From an uncultured Oligoflexus sp. (GTDB lineage Bacteria > Bdellovibrionota_B > Oligoflexia > Oligoflexales > Oligoflexaceae), in the NCBI GenBank assembly GCA_964236955.1, contig CAXSGP010000035.1, positions 1 to 43,682 of the forward strand: 43,682 nt of DNA. The letters are read 5' to 3'. Each line of letters begins with the position of its first letter. Position 1 is the first letter of the stretch. Of this stretch, positions 19,689 to 29,635 are shown piece by piece. Made by a program: the position numbers and the translations under genes. The notes beneath the pieces are model-generated. The model was given only the letters and a program-made list of their open reading frames with translations. It did not search any database and was not told where the DNA came from.

Positions 19689-20729
19689 TCAAAACACATG
19701 GTAACGACGCGCCTTCCAGCAGACCCTATCGCCTACTTTTAATTGCGATCGTTCCAAGGCATCACGACCTATCTCCGCCATGAGATACGGCTGTCGACAA
19801 TCCGAGCCGTCTGACAGCTGCAGCTGCACTGTCGCTCCCCGCAAAGAGATCTTTCTGATCTCGGCCGCATGCCGTCCCAATAATTCAGGAGACTGGGATT
19901 TACCCGCGGGGTCGGCAAGCGGAAGAATTCCTAATACATCAATTTCATGAGGCCGGATATAGGCTTGCCGTCCGTCATCCTTTGGATTCAGTGACCAGGG
20001 CAAGGCTTGGGTTTGCCCTAGAAAACTCATAGCAAAGTAAGTCGATGGATGCTCGAATAGGGCTTCAGGACTCCCCTGCTGCTCAATCCGGCCGCGATTT
20101 AACAAAACGACGTGATCAGAAATTTCCATAGCTTCCTCCTGATCGTGAGTCACGAGGATGCAGGTCAAACCCAAAGACTGCTGCAATTCCCGTAACCATG
20201 TGCGCAAATCTTTACGGACTTTGGCATCGAGGGCACCGAAGGGTTCATCCAGAAGCAGGATCTCAGGTTCTATAGCCATTGCTCTGGCGAGAGCAACACG
20301 CTGCAATTGCCCCCCGGACAGTTGATGAGGGTAGCGCCGAGCCAATCCCGTGAGTTGCACGAGGTTCAAAAGTTCATCGACCTTCCCAATCTGCTGCTCC
20401 TTGCTGGGGCGTTCTTTCCTCTTTAACATACGCAATCCGAAACTGATATTGTCAGCGATCGTCATATGTCTGAACAAAGCATAATTTTGAAAGACGAAGC
20501 CAACTTTTCGCCGGCGGAAATCCCAGCTTGACGAGTCCTGCCCGTGAAACAGGACCTGTCCTCGATCGGCGCGATCCAAACCTGCAATAATCCTAAGAAG
20601 CGTGGTCTTGCCACAGCCAGATGGACCCAGCAAAGTTAGCAGTTGGCCAGGCAGGACTTCAAGCGACAGCTGATCCAAGATTTTATTGCCAGCAAAACTT
20701 TTGCTAACATTCCTCACACTTATCGCCAT
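19689..20729 (-). CDS. cysA: Sulfate ABC transporter ATP-binding protein
   Basis: GPSGCGKT, FQNYALFRHMT, LSGGQ, LLDEPFGALDAKVRKDLR. Confidence 0.93.
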   Translation of the reverse strand: MAISVRNVSKSFAGNKILDQLSLEVLPGQLLTLLGPSGCGKTTLLRIIAGLDRADRGQVLFHGQDSSSWDFRRRKVGFVFQNYALFRHMTIADNISFGLRMLKRKERPSKEQQIGKVDELLNLVQLTGLARRYPHQLSGGQLQRVALARAMAIEPEILLLDEPFGALDAKVRKDLRTWLRELQQSLGLTCILVTHDQEEAMEISDHVVLLNRGRIEQQGSPEALFEHPSTYFAMSFLGQTQALPWSLNPKDDGRQAYIRPHEIDVLGILPLADPAGKSQSPELLGRHAAEIRKISLRGATVQLQLSDGSDCRQPYLMAEIGRDALERSQLKVGDRVCWKARRYHVF

Positions 20730-20741
20730 TTTAAAGACTCC

Positions 20742-21647
20742 TTATGCATGGGCCTGGTTCTGGCGCTCAAAATAGATCTTAAGCAGAAGAGTGAGCAAAG
20801 AAAATAGCGCCAGCATCGACGCCACCGCATACGCCGCCACAAACTGGTATTCGTTATAAAGAATTTCCACATGAAGCGGTAAAGTGTTGGTCATGCCGCG
20901 GATATGTCCTGATACAACGGATACGGCGCCAAATTCCCCCATGGCCCGGGCGGCGCAAAGCACAACCCCATGCAAAAGTGCCCATTTAATGTTGGGAAGC
21001 GTCACATTCCAAAAGCTTTGCCAAGCACTCGCACCAAGCGTAGCCGCAGCCTCTTCATCTGCCGTGCCTTGGACCTCCATCAGCGGCAGCAGCTGCCGCA
21101 CTACAAATGGAAATGTTATAAACAAAGTGGACAGGACAATACCAGGAAAGGCAAAAATTATTTTTAAATTATGATCACTCAACCATTCCCCCCACCAGCC
21201 TTGCGCCCCGAAGAGCAGAACAAAAATCAGTCCTGCCACCACCGGCGAAACGGCAAAGGGCAAATCGATAAGGGTAACCAGCAAGCCTTTACCCGCAAAT
21301 TCAAATTTGGTGATCCACCAGGCGGCAGCGACCCCAAAAACTGTGTTGATCGGCACCACAACGGCAAGCACTGCAAACGAGAGTTTCGCCGCAGAAAGAA
21401 AGTCCGGGTCCAGCAAGGCCGTACCGTAGGCCTGCCAGCCTTTGCGAAGGGCTTCCGCAAATATCGCCAATAAAGGCATGAGCAAAAATAGAGTGAAAAA
21501 ACCAAGGCCTAAGCCGATAAGCAGCCAACGGGTGAACCTTGTGCCCAAGGGCAAAGCCTTGGCTTTGGTGGGTAGGTGGACAACCCAGGCATGACTCGAC
21601 GGCAAAACCTCGCTCTTGGATATTTGACTTTGGGCATTAGAATTCAT
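20742..21647 (-). CDS. cysW: Sulfate ABC transporter permease CysW
   Basis: DLPFAVSPVVAG, RAMGEFGAVSVVSG, PLHVEILYNEY; ATGA overlap with the cysT stop. Confidence 0.93.
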   Translation of the reverse strand: MNSNAQSQISKSEVLPSSHAWVVHLPTKAKALPLGTRFTRWLLIGLGLGFFTLFLLMPLLAIFAEALRKGWQAYGTALLDPDFLSAAKLSFAVLAVVVPINTVFGVAAAWWITKFEFAGKGLLVTLIDLPFAVSPVVAGLIFVLLFGAQGWWGEWLSDHNLKIIFAFPGIVLSTLFITFPFVVRQLLPLMEVQGTADEEAAATLGASAWQSFWNVTLPNIKWALLHGVVLCAARAMGEFGAVSVVSGHIRGMTNTLPLHVEILYNEYQFVAAYAVASMLALFSLLTLLLKIYFERQNQAHA

Positions 21648-22507
21648 GCCTTGCCCTCCTGACTGCGATAACGTTGCGACCAAGCTCCCAGACTATTGAT
21701 CAAAAGCAGCAGGACAAACGAGGTGGCAAGCAGCACCACGGCTATGGCGGTGGCTCCGGAATAATCGTACTGCTCGAGCTGAGTAATAATCATGAGAGGC
21801 GTGATTTCCGAAACCATCGGAATATTGCCGGCAATAAAGATTACGGAGCCATACTCACCAAGCGCCCGTGCAAAGGCCAAGGCAAATCCTGTAAGTAAGG
21901 CCGGAATAAGTGTGGGTAGGATTATGTATCGAAATCGCTGCCAGGCATTGGCTCCTAAAGTTTCGCCGACCTCTTCGTAGCTGCGGTCAAGATCGATTAG
22001 CACGGGCTGCACCGTGCGTACTAAAAAGGGCAGGCCGATAAAGGTCAGAGCCACCAAAACACCCAATGGGGTAAAGGCAACTTTGATTCCCAGCGGCACC
22101 AGATATCTACCAAGCCAGCCATTCTCCGAATAGAGTGCCGTCAGGGCCAGTCCCGCTACCGCCGTCGGAAGAGCAAAAGGCAGATCGATAAGAGCATCGA
22201 CCAGCTTGGAACCAAAAAACTTATAGCGTACCAATATCCAGGCCAGCAAAAGGCCAAAGACCGCATTGATCGATGCCGCGAGAAAGGCAGCTCCAAGACT
22301 GAGTTTATAGGATGCGATGACGCGAGCTGAACTTATGACTTTCCAAATGTCAGTCCAGCTTGCCGTCAGGGTCTTCAGCATGAGCGCGCTCAAGGGAAGC
22401 AGCACCAGAAGACTCAGGTAGAGAAGGGTAAAGCCACCGGTCAGCCGAAAGCCGCCTAGCGCTGAAACTCTGCGGCTTTGGTCGCGGCGTTGGGCACGAA
22501 AGTTCAT
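21644..22507 (-). CDS. cysT: Sulfate ABC transporter permease CysT (CysU)
   Basis: DLPFALPTAVAG, GEYGSVIFIAGN, LEQYDY. Confidence 0.93.
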   Translation of the reverse strand: MNFRAQRRDQSRRVSALGGFRLTGGFTLLYLSLLVLLPLSALMLKTLTASWTDIWKVISSARVIASYKLSLGAAFLAASINAVFGLLLAWILVRYKFFGSKLVDALIDLPFALPTAVAGLALTALYSENGWLGRYLVPLGIKVAFTPLGVLVALTFIGLPFLVRTVQPVLIDLDRSYEEVGETLGANAWQRFRYIILPTLIPALLTGFALAFARALGEYGSVIFIAGNIPMVSEITPLMIITQLEQYDYSGATAIAVVLLATSFVLLLLINSLGAWSQRYRSQEGKA

Positions 22508-22508
22508 A

Positions 22509-23504
22509 TCACGTGCCCGGGCTAAAGATTTGGTCAAAGATGCCGCCGTCATCAAAATGCACCTTTTGCGCCTTCGTCCATCCACCAAAGGCACTTTCAA
22601 TGGTAAAAAGATCCAGTTTTGCGAATTTAGTTTTGGATTTTGCCAATGCTGTTTCCGAACGGGGGCGGAAATTATGATCGGCTATAATGATCTGAGCGGG
22701 TTCGCTGTAAAGAAAATCAAGGTAAGCCTGTGCCTCGACCTGGCTGCCTTTTTTCGCTACGACTTTGTCAACCAGTGCCACGACGGGTTCGGCTAGGATA
22801 GAGCGCTGAGGCACAATCACTTCAAATTTATCGGAACCAAATTCCCTCAGGGCGAGGTAAGCCTCGTTCTCCCAGGTTATGAGGACATCCCCTATCCCTC
22901 GTTCCGCAAAAGTCGTCGTCGACCCGCGGGCCCCAGAATCCAAGACTTTCACATTCTTATAAAGCTGCCTCACAAATTCTTTGGCTTTGGTCCCGTCGCC
23001 CCCGGGCAATCGCTCGGCATAACCCCATGCTGCAAGATAATTCCAACGGGCGCCACCCGAAGTCTTGGGGTTTGGGGTGATGACTGCCACATCTTTTTTT
23101 ACCAGATCATTCCAATCCTTAATCTGCTTGGGATTCCCCTTGCGAACGAGAAAAACTATCGTCGATGTATAGGGGGCTGCGCTATTTGGCAGTTTTTTCT
23201 GCCAATCGGCACTGATAACACCCTTCTTGGCTATCGCATCGATGTCATACGCTAAGGCTAAAGTCACCACGTCAGCTTCCAGACCATCGATTACGGCGCG
23301 TGCCTGTTTCCCCGATCCCCCGTGTGATTGCTTGATTGTCAGGTCTTCTTTATGCGTTTTTTTCCAATCCTGAACAAAAGCCGAATTGATGTCCTGAAAG
23401 AGTTCACGGGTCGGGTCGTACGAGACATTCAATAACACTTTTGCCGATAATCTTGCTGGGATCAGACTCGCCAGAAGGAAACTCAATAAGCAGATTTTAT
23501 TCAT
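22509..23504 (-). CDS. sbp: Periplasmic sulfate-binding protein
   Basis: [34 protein letters not shown]; signal peptide. Confidence 0.95.
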   Translation of the reverse strand: MNKICLLSFLLASLIPARLSAKVLLNVSYDPTRELFQDINSAFVQDWKKTHKEDLTIKQSHGGSGKQARAVIDGLEADVVTLALAYDIDAIAKKGVISADWQKKLPNSAAPYTSTIVFLVRKGNPKQIKDWNDLVKKDVAVITPNPKTSGGARWNYLAAWGYAERLPGGDGTKAKEFVRQLYKNVKVLDSGARGSTTTFAERGIGDVLITWENEAYLALREFGSDKFEVIVPQRSILAEPVVALVDKVVAKKGSQVEAQAYLDFLYSEPAQIIIADHNFRPRSETALAKSKTKFAKLDLFTIESAFGGWTKAQKVHFDDGGIFDQIFSPGT

Positions 23505-23586
23505 CACTATTATCCCTAGCTGAAGTTTCACCAACGCGAGTCTAATTTCTCATCCTGGGATCCCCAACAACTTTAATCGCGTTTCC

Positions 23587-24918
23587 TTATAGCGAATCGG
23601 AATAAGGATCCACAGCCTTAAATTCCTGGGTGAAATCGTCGAAAAGCCCCGCCGGCTCGGCTTGCAAAACAGGGGTCGGGATCGGGCGCAGGGAATATTT
23701 TTCTTGATAGTCCGAGCGGTTGGTATAATCAAACTCGGGTCGAGCAAACGCAGCGTCAAACCCAAGCTGTAAATCCGCCATAAGATCATCGAGTTGTTCT
23801 AATCCGACAGAGATGCGAATCAAACCATCATGAATCCCTGCAGCCTCACGATCCTTGGCACAGTAACTCGCATGGGACATCGATGCCGGTTGTTCGATCA
23901 ATGATTCGACAGCACCGACGCTCACGGCCCGTTGAAATAAATGGGTTGCAGCCACAAATCGTGCCGTGGCATGAAAATCAGCTGCCAATTCAAAGCTGAT
24001 GATGGCCCCAAAGAAGGAATTAAGCTGACTGATGCCTAGATCATGTCTCGGATGCTCTTTGAGGCCTGGGTAGAAGACCCGGGCAATATGGGGATGTTGC
24101 GCCAGATAATGGGCCAGTGCCAAAGCGCTTTTGCATTGCTCTGTAAAGCGCAGACATAGGGTTTTAATGCCCCGGGCACATAGAAATGCATCAAACGGCG
24201 CCATCACAGCACCTGTTGCATTTTGAATGAAATAGAGTTCTTTGAGCAAGGCGGGATCTTTGACGATCAACGCCCCACCCAGTAGATCGCTGTGCCCCCC
24301 AAGAAATTTGGTTGCTGAATGCATGACGATATCAGCCCCTAGACTCAAGGGCTGGGTCGCTACGGGAGTGGCAAAGGTGTTATCGACAGCAAGCAGGACA
24401 TCATGTCGGCGAGCTATGTCGGCCAAGCTTTTGATGTCGACGAGAGTAAGCAGGGGATTACCAGGATTTTCAACCCAAATCATTTTGGTACAAGGCATTA
24501 ACGCGTTTTCAACACTGGCAAGATCCTGCAAATCACAGAGGCTGACGGTGATGCCACTGCGATTCAAAATCTTATGCAAAAGGCGATAGGTGCCGCCATA
24601 GATATCGGTGCCTACTATGATATGATCGCCACAACTCAAGAGCTGGGTCGCACAGTGAATAGCAGCCATTCCAGAAGAAAAGGCCAGGGCTCCACAGCCG
24701 CGTTCCAACGCGGCCAAAGTCCTCTCGAGGGCTGCCCGGGTGGGATTTCCACTGCGTGAATAGTCAAAGCTTGCTTTACTGAAATCCCCCTCGGGAGCAA
24801 AGGTCGACGAGAGATAGAGAGGCGGAACCACCGCACCTGTCAAGGGATCTTTTTCATTTCCAATATGAATCGAAAGCGTGGAAAGATGCATCGCCCTACT
24901 CCTTTGATCTTGTTTCAT
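23587..24918 (-). CDS. Cys/Met metabolism PLP enzyme (cystathionine gamma-synthase/lyase family) with C-terminal extension
   Basis: YSRSGNPTR, FSSGMAAI, DNTFATP, SATKFLGGHSD, AVSVGAVESL. Confidence 0.9.
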   Translation of the reverse strand: MKQDQRSRAMHLSTLSIHIGNEKDPLTGAVVPPLYLSSTFAPEGDFSKASFDYSRSGNPTRAALERTLAALERGCGALAFSSGMAAIHCATQLLSCGDHIIVGTDIYGGTYRLLHKILNRSGITVSLCDLQDLASVENALMPCTKMIWVENPGNPLLTLVDIKSLADIARRHDVLLAVDNTFATPVATQPLSLGADIVMHSATKFLGGHSDLLGGALIVKDPALLKELYFIQNATGAVMAPFDAFLCARGIKTLCLRFTEQCKSALALAHYLAQHPHIARVFYPGLKEHPRHDLGISQLNSFFGAIISFELAADFHATARFVAATHLFQRAVSVGAVESLIEQPASMSHASYCAKDREAAGIHDGLIRISVGLEQLDDLMADLQLGFDAAFARPEFDYTNRSDYQEKYSLRPIPTPVLQAEPAGLFDDFTQEFKAVDPYSDSL

Positions 24919-26093
24919 ACGTGTTCCAAGGCCTGTTTGAGATCGGCTATGAGATCCTCACGGTCTTCGATGCCTAAGGCGAGACGCACGAGCGCATCGT
25001 CGATTTCCAGTCGCTCTCTTTCTTCCTTTTCCGTATGATAAAAACTCATGAGGTATGGCTGTTCGATCAAGGATTCAACGCCACCAAGACTTGGGCCGAT
25101 GCGTGGGATCTTTACCGCATCGATAAACCGGCTGCAGCCGTAGCGATCGCTGGCGAGTTCAAAACTCACTAGACCGCCAAAGCCCTTCAGGTAGGTTCTG
25201 GCTTCACGGTAGGTCGCGTGAGTTTCAAGCCCGGGATAATAGACTTTTTTAACCTTAGGGTGCTGCGCTAAAAATTCCGCCACAGCTAAACCCGTGGCAT
25301 TTTGTTGAGCGATTCTCAAGGGCAGGGTTTTTAAGCCGCGTTGCAACAGATAGGCCGTGTGAGGGGCAGCGACAGCCCCCACCACTCCATTGAGCCGACG
25401 GATCGAGCCGATCTGCTCCCGCCGTCCGCATATCACCCCGGCGAGGAGATCATTGTGTCCGCCGAGATATTTGGTAGCCGAATGCACAACATAATCTATG
25501 CCGTAGTTGAGCGGCTGAATATTCACCGGACTTGCCACCGTACTGTCGACACAGGTGGCAATGCCATGCTTTTTACCGATTGCGGCCAGCTTAGCAAGGT
25601 CGATCACGATCAGATGGGGATTGGTAGGAAGCTCGGTAAAGATCAAGCGCGTCCTGGAATCACAAGCCGCTTCGAGCGCCTCAAAATCATTGCTCGCGAT
25701 TGCCGTGCAACGAATTCCAAAGCTTTGCAGGTATTCGTAACAAAGCTGTCTCGTGCGATGGTAGCAGCGATCAAAGAACAGCAGCTGATCCCCAGGTCTC
25801 AGCACAGTTAGAAACAAAAGGCTAAGGGCTGACATTCCCGTTGAGCAAAGCAAAGCATCTTCGGAGGCATCCAAGGCCGATAGCTTTTGTTCAACGACTC
25901 GGACGTTAGGACAGCCGTAGCGTGCATACTCGTCGCGGATAAGCTCCCCTTCCTGCATGGATACGATCGCGGCTGAATTCTCAAAAGTAAAGGTTGAGGC
26001 ACACTGAATGGCATCAACGATCCCATAACCTTCCTTGAGTCGAGACTCCCCAGCGTGTACGGCCCGAGTCAAAAGCTTTGAATCCTCTAGCAT
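24915..26093 (-). CDS. Cys/Met metabolism PLP enzyme (cystathionine gamma-synthase / sulfhydrylase-like)
   Basis: YARYG, ELPTNP, SATKYLGGHNDLLAG, PSLGGVESLIEQP. Confidence 0.9.
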   Translation of the reverse strand: MLEDSKLLTRAVHAGESRLKEGYGIVDAIQCASTFTFENSAAIVSMQEGELIRDEYARYGCPNVRVVEQKLSALDASEDALLCSTGMSALSLLFLTVLRPGDQLLFFDRCYHRTRQLCYEYLQSFGIRCTAIASNDFEALEAACDSRTRLIFTELPTNPHLIVIDLAKLAAIGKKHGIATCVDSTVASPVNIQPLNYGIDYVVHSATKYLGGHNDLLAGVICGRREQIGSIRRLNGVVGAVAAPHTAYLLQRGLKTLPLRIAQQNATGLAVAEFLAQHPKVKKVYYPGLETHATYREARTYLKGFGGLVSFELASDRYGCSRFIDAVKIPRIGPSLGGVESLIEQPYLMSFYHTEKEERERLEIDDALVRLALGIEDREDLIADLKQALEHV

Positions 26094-26211
26094 AATTCGC
26101 TTCTCCGAAGTAGGCAGGCTCTGCTGTTAATGGGATACAAAAGCCCGTTGCCGAGCTTCATCACCTTCGTTAAGCAAGCGTGCAGGTTTAAATTCTTCGG
26201 GATTTGCAGAC

Positions 26212-26238
26212 AAAAAAAGCCACCGCGCAAGGGTGGCT
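26212..26238 (-). terminator. Intrinsic terminator in the leader of the PLP-enzyme genes
   Basis: AGCCACC-7 nt-GGTGGCT followed by a T run on the minus strand. Confidence 0.8.
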
Positions 26239-26276
26239 CTTCTTAATTTCATCACTATCGTTGATAACCTAGTGAT

Positions 26277-26330
26277 GGGCTCTTTAGCAGAGAAAGCTGC
26301 AATCGGCCGCAAATCCTTGACGATCTCATC
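26277..26330 (-). ncRNA. Putative SAM-II-like riboswitch aptamer
   Basis: GATTT..GGCCGATTGCAGC..GCTAAAGAGCC follows the order of SAM-II conserved blocks; lies between a sigma54 site and a terminator upstream of Met/Cys genes; P1 is weak. Confidence 0.4.
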
Positions 26331-26340
26331 GTATGTGAGT

Positions 26341-26357
26341 CGCAACGGTTTTGCCAA
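26341..26357 (-). promoter_or_regulatory. Sigma54 (RpoN)-type promoter
   Basis: TTGGCAAAACCGTTGCG = GG-N10-GC. Confidence 0.65.
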
Positions 26358-26437
26358 GGTATTTTTTTTGTAAAAACCAAATACCTTACCAATGCGTGGC
26401 CTTGCTGTTTGCGACTTGGCCGCAGTGAGGATCATGC

Positions 26438-27946
26438 CTATATACCTAAGCCATGCTCAAAGGCGTCATAGCCCTTGGCTTGCATCGATTGGCAAATCTG
26501 TTGGCCCGAAGGGCTGTCTTCGACCCACACAGTCCACCCTAGCTCCAAGAAGGTTTCGACCGCTTTCAATTGGATCTCAAGGGGATTGGCATGCAGAAAA
26601 TCCTGAGTGAGCCTTACGCTGTCAGAACCTGCCTCAAGCCCTGATAAATCAGTAAAATTATCCACCAGTCGGAGTCGTCCGCTGCCTGTTTTATCACTCG
26701 CCAGACTGTAGACCTCCTCGATCATGCCAGCTGCTACTGTGCGAAAGTTACGCGGATCGATCAGGATAAAGGCGCCGGCGCGTTTATTGTCGCTAAAAAC
26801 TTCTGCGAAGAGCGTTTTCGAGCTCTCCAAGATGACTTCGACGATATCATTCATGACTATCGTTGTGGCCTCGACTTCACTCAGGCTTTGTAGGTCAAAG
26901 CGATGCCGTATCACCTGAATACTTGCACGGCAGCTTTGAGTGGCAAGTTTTAAGATATAGCGCTCATCATCGCGATAGGGCTCTTCATCGAACCATACCA
27001 ATTTGCTCCTTAGGCTGCGCGAGGCCCGGTCGGATTTATCCAAACCTACAATCAGTTGTCCCCGCTCAAGATCGCGCTGATCTTCCAGACCGATGCTTAT
27101 GGCGTCACCGCTGGAGGCTTTAGCCTCTTGCCGCCCACCTACCCAAAGTTCTGAGATTCTGCTGCTTACGCGAGCCGGTAAAATTTTGACCCTCTGCCCT
27201 ACTGCCAGCCGACCCTGGCTCAATGTTCCCGAAGCGAAGCGCTGCCCTCTATCATTCCTCACCACCAGTTGCACAGAAAGCTCGGCGGGGCGGTCTAAAG
27301 CTTTTATGGGTTCGAGCGACTCCAGCACTTCTAAGAGTGAGGGCCCATCGTACCAAGGGGTCAGTGGGCTTCGCTCGCTGATATTGAGGCCGGTTAAGGC
27401 ACTAAGCGGGATGACATGCAGTGAGGCTGGCTTTGAATTCCAGGCCAGGCGCCGAAAGTCTGCCTCAATTGCAGTGATACGGGCTGCATTATATTCGATT
27501 AAATCGATTTTATTTATCGCGAGGATGATATGCGAAACGCCAAGTAGATGCACGAGATAGGCATGCCGCCTGGTCTGCTCTAAAATTCCATAGCGCGCAT
27601 CAACAAGAATAATGGCTGCATCCGCGCGGGAGGCCGCCGTCACCATATTGCGCGTGTATTGAACATGACCGGGAGCATCCGCTAAAATAAATTTTCGTTT
27701 GGGACTGGAAAAGTACTTATAGGCAACATCTATCGTGATGCCTTGTTCACGTTCCGATTTTAAACCATCGGTGACGAGGGAAAGATCCAATACGCCGTCC
27801 CGGCTTTTGCGACTTTGCAAAGCTTCGAGCTGGTCGTCCAAAATAGCATTGGATTCATAGAGAAGGCGGCCGATGAGCGTGGATTTACCATCATCGACCG
27901 AACCCGCTGTGGTGATTCGTAACACCGATCCTTCGTTGCGGCCCAT
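26438..27946 (-). CDS. cysN: Sulfate adenylyltransferase subunit 1 with C-terminal extension
   Basis: GSVDDGKSTLIGRL, EREQGITIDVAY, DAPGH, NKID; TGATG overlap with cysD. Confidence 0.95.
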   Translation of the reverse strand: MGRNEGSVLRITTAGSVDDGKSTLIGRLLYESNAILDDQLEALQSRKSRDGVLDLSLVTDGLKSEREQGITIDVAYKYFSSPKRKFILADAPGHVQYTRNMVTAASRADAAIILVDARYGILEQTRRHAYLVHLLGVSHIILAINKIDLIEYNAARITAIEADFRRLAWNSKPASLHVIPLSALTGLNISERSPLTPWYDGPSLLEVLESLEPIKALDRPAELSVQLVVRNDRGQRFASGTLSQGRLAVGQRVKILPARVSSRISELWVGGRQEAKASSGDAISIGLEDQRDLERGQLIVGLDKSDRASRSLRSKLVWFDEEPYRDDERYILKLATQSCRASIQVIRHRFDLQSLSEVEATTIVMNDIVEVILESSKTLFAEVFSDNKRAGAFILIDPRNFRTVAAGMIEEVYSLASDKTGSGRLRLVDNFTDLSGLEAGSDSVRLTQDFLHANPLEIQLKAVETFLELGWTVWVEDSPSGQQICQSMQAKGYDAFEHGLGI

Positions 27947-28857
27947 CAAAAATATCCCTCTCTTTTTTTGAGTTCCATGGAAGCATCCTGGTCATGATCG
28001 ATGACCCTCGTTGCCCTTTCCGAAGTTCGAGCCTCGAACAATTCGGTAATGATGGCATCGATAGTTTGGGCCTCCGAAGCCACCGCACCCGTGCAGGGAC
28101 TACATCCCAAGGTGCGAAACCGCGTGAAAAGTCGGAGGGCCTCGGGGTCGCCGATGCGAGTGTCCCCTTCTTCCAAGGGAACCAAACCCTTGCCGCGCTT
28201 TAAAACCCAACGCTCCCGAGCAAAATAAAGAGGCACAATGGGAATCTCTTCACGACGGATGTACTGCCATACGTCAAATTCCGTCCAATTCGATAAGGGA
28301 AAGACCCGCATATTTTCGCCCGGATGCACGCGGGTATTATAGAGTTGCCACAATTCCGGCCTTTGGTTCTTGGGATCCCATTGTCCATGGCGATCGCGAA
28401 AGGAAAAGATCCTTTCCTTGGCTCGCGAACGTTCTTCGTCACGCCGCGCGCCTCCGATAGCCGCATCGATCCCATGGGTCTTAAGCACATCCAGCAAGGC
28501 CTCGGTCTTTAGAAGACCGCAGCAGGCCTTCGTGCCTAATGAATAGGGATTGGCATCACGGGCGATTGCGGCTTCGTTGCGGTGAACTATGAGCTTAAGC
28601 CCAAGTTCAGCAACCACCCTATCGCGAAAGCTATACATTTCCTTAAACTTGAAACCGGTATCGACATGAATCAGAGGAAAAGGGATCTTCCCAGGTCTAA
28701 ACGCCTTCTCGGCAAGCTTTAAAAGCACCGATGAATCTTTGCCAACCGAATAAAGTATGGCGGGCTGCTCGTAACTGGCGGCCACCTCACGAAAAATCTC
28801 TATACTCTCCGCCTCCAGCTCGTTGAGATAAGAACCCTGGTGCTCGTTAACTGGCAT
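27946..28857 (-). CDS. cysD: Sulfate adenylyltransferase subunit 2
   Basis: [40 protein letters not shown]; start moved to 28857. Confidence 0.96.
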   Translation of the reverse strand: MPVNEHQGSYLNELEAESIEIFREVAASYEQPAILYSVGKDSSVLLKLAEKAFRPGKIPFPLIHVDTGFKFKEMYSFRDRVVAELGLKLIVHRNEAAIARDANPYSLGTKACCGLLKTEALLDVLKTHGIDAAIGGARRDEERSRAKERIFSFRDRHGQWDPKNQRPELWQLYNTRVHPGENMRVFPLSNWTEFDVWQYIRREEIPIVPLYFARERWVLKRGKGLVPLEEGDTRIGDPEALRLFTRFRTLGCSPCTGAVASEAQTIDAIITELFEARTSERATRVIDHDQDASMELKKREGYF

Positions 28858-29635
28858 TTGGGGCTCCCCCTTGCAATTCGGAATCGAAAGAAGGACGAGG
28901 CTCTTTCGGTGCAAAGTGCAAACCACACTCGCGATGTTCATTGACTTCCCACCACCAACGTCCGGCCCGGATGTCCTCGCCGGGTGCGATTGCCCGAGTG
29001 CACGGGGCACAGCCGAGGCTTGGATAGCCTTGATCGTGAAGCTTATTGTAGGGAAGATCGTGGGTGCGAATGTAATCCCAAACCTGATCCAAACTCCAAT
29101 TTGCTAAAGGACTGACTTTAAGGCGTCTGGGCTGATCGAGCTCAAAGACATCAAGCACCGCGCGCGTTGAGGACTGCTGCTTCCGCAGGCCCGTAATCCA
29201 TGCGCCCTTGCCTGCCAAAGCACGCCGGAGGGGTTCAAGCTTACGAATTGCACAGCAGCTCTTTCTGAGTTCGGTGCTCTCGTAAAAAGCATTCGGACCA
29301 TGCCGCTCGACAAAAGGCTCCAGCAACTCAGACTGCGGGCTCAGCAGTTTAAATTGCAAGCCGTATCGGAGGCGCCAACGATCAATGAGATCATAAGTTT
29401 CCGCAGGCAGGCGCCCCGTATCGAGAACAAACGTCTCGACTTTGTCAGAATCGTTCAGAAGCATATGCTGAAGCACAACGTCTTCGAGTCCAAAGCTATT
29501 GGCGAAGGCAATGGCCCCGGGAGCCCACGCCAATGCTATATCCAAGATTTCACTTGGATCCGCACACCAATAGCGTTCGTTTAGACTGGCCACAAACTCC
29601 TCAATTGCCGGGTCGTCATCATTTGGTATATTCAT
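28847..29635 (-). CDS. cysH: APS reductase (CysH family, 4Fe-4S type)
   Basis: DTGRL, CC pair (SCCAIRK), SLGCAPC, GRWWWE, ECGLH. Confidence 0.92.
   Translation of the reverse strand: MNIPNDDDPAIEEFVASLNERYWCADPSEILDIALAWAPGAIAFANSFGLEDVVLQHMLLNDSDKVETFVLDTGRLPAETYDLIDRWRLRYGLQFKLLSPQSELLEPFVERHGPNAFYESTELRKSCCAIRKLEPLRRALAGKGAWITGLRKQQSSTRAVLDVFELDQPRRLKVSPLANWSLDQVWDYIRTHDLPYNKLHDQGYPSLGCAPCTRAIAPGEDIRAGRWWWEVNEHRECGLHFAPKEPRPSFDSELQGGAPNAS

Noticed and set aside
26127..26435. 102-aa ORF between cysN and the PLP genes
   Set aside because: It runs through a promoter and an intrinsic terminator and has no recognisable protein features.
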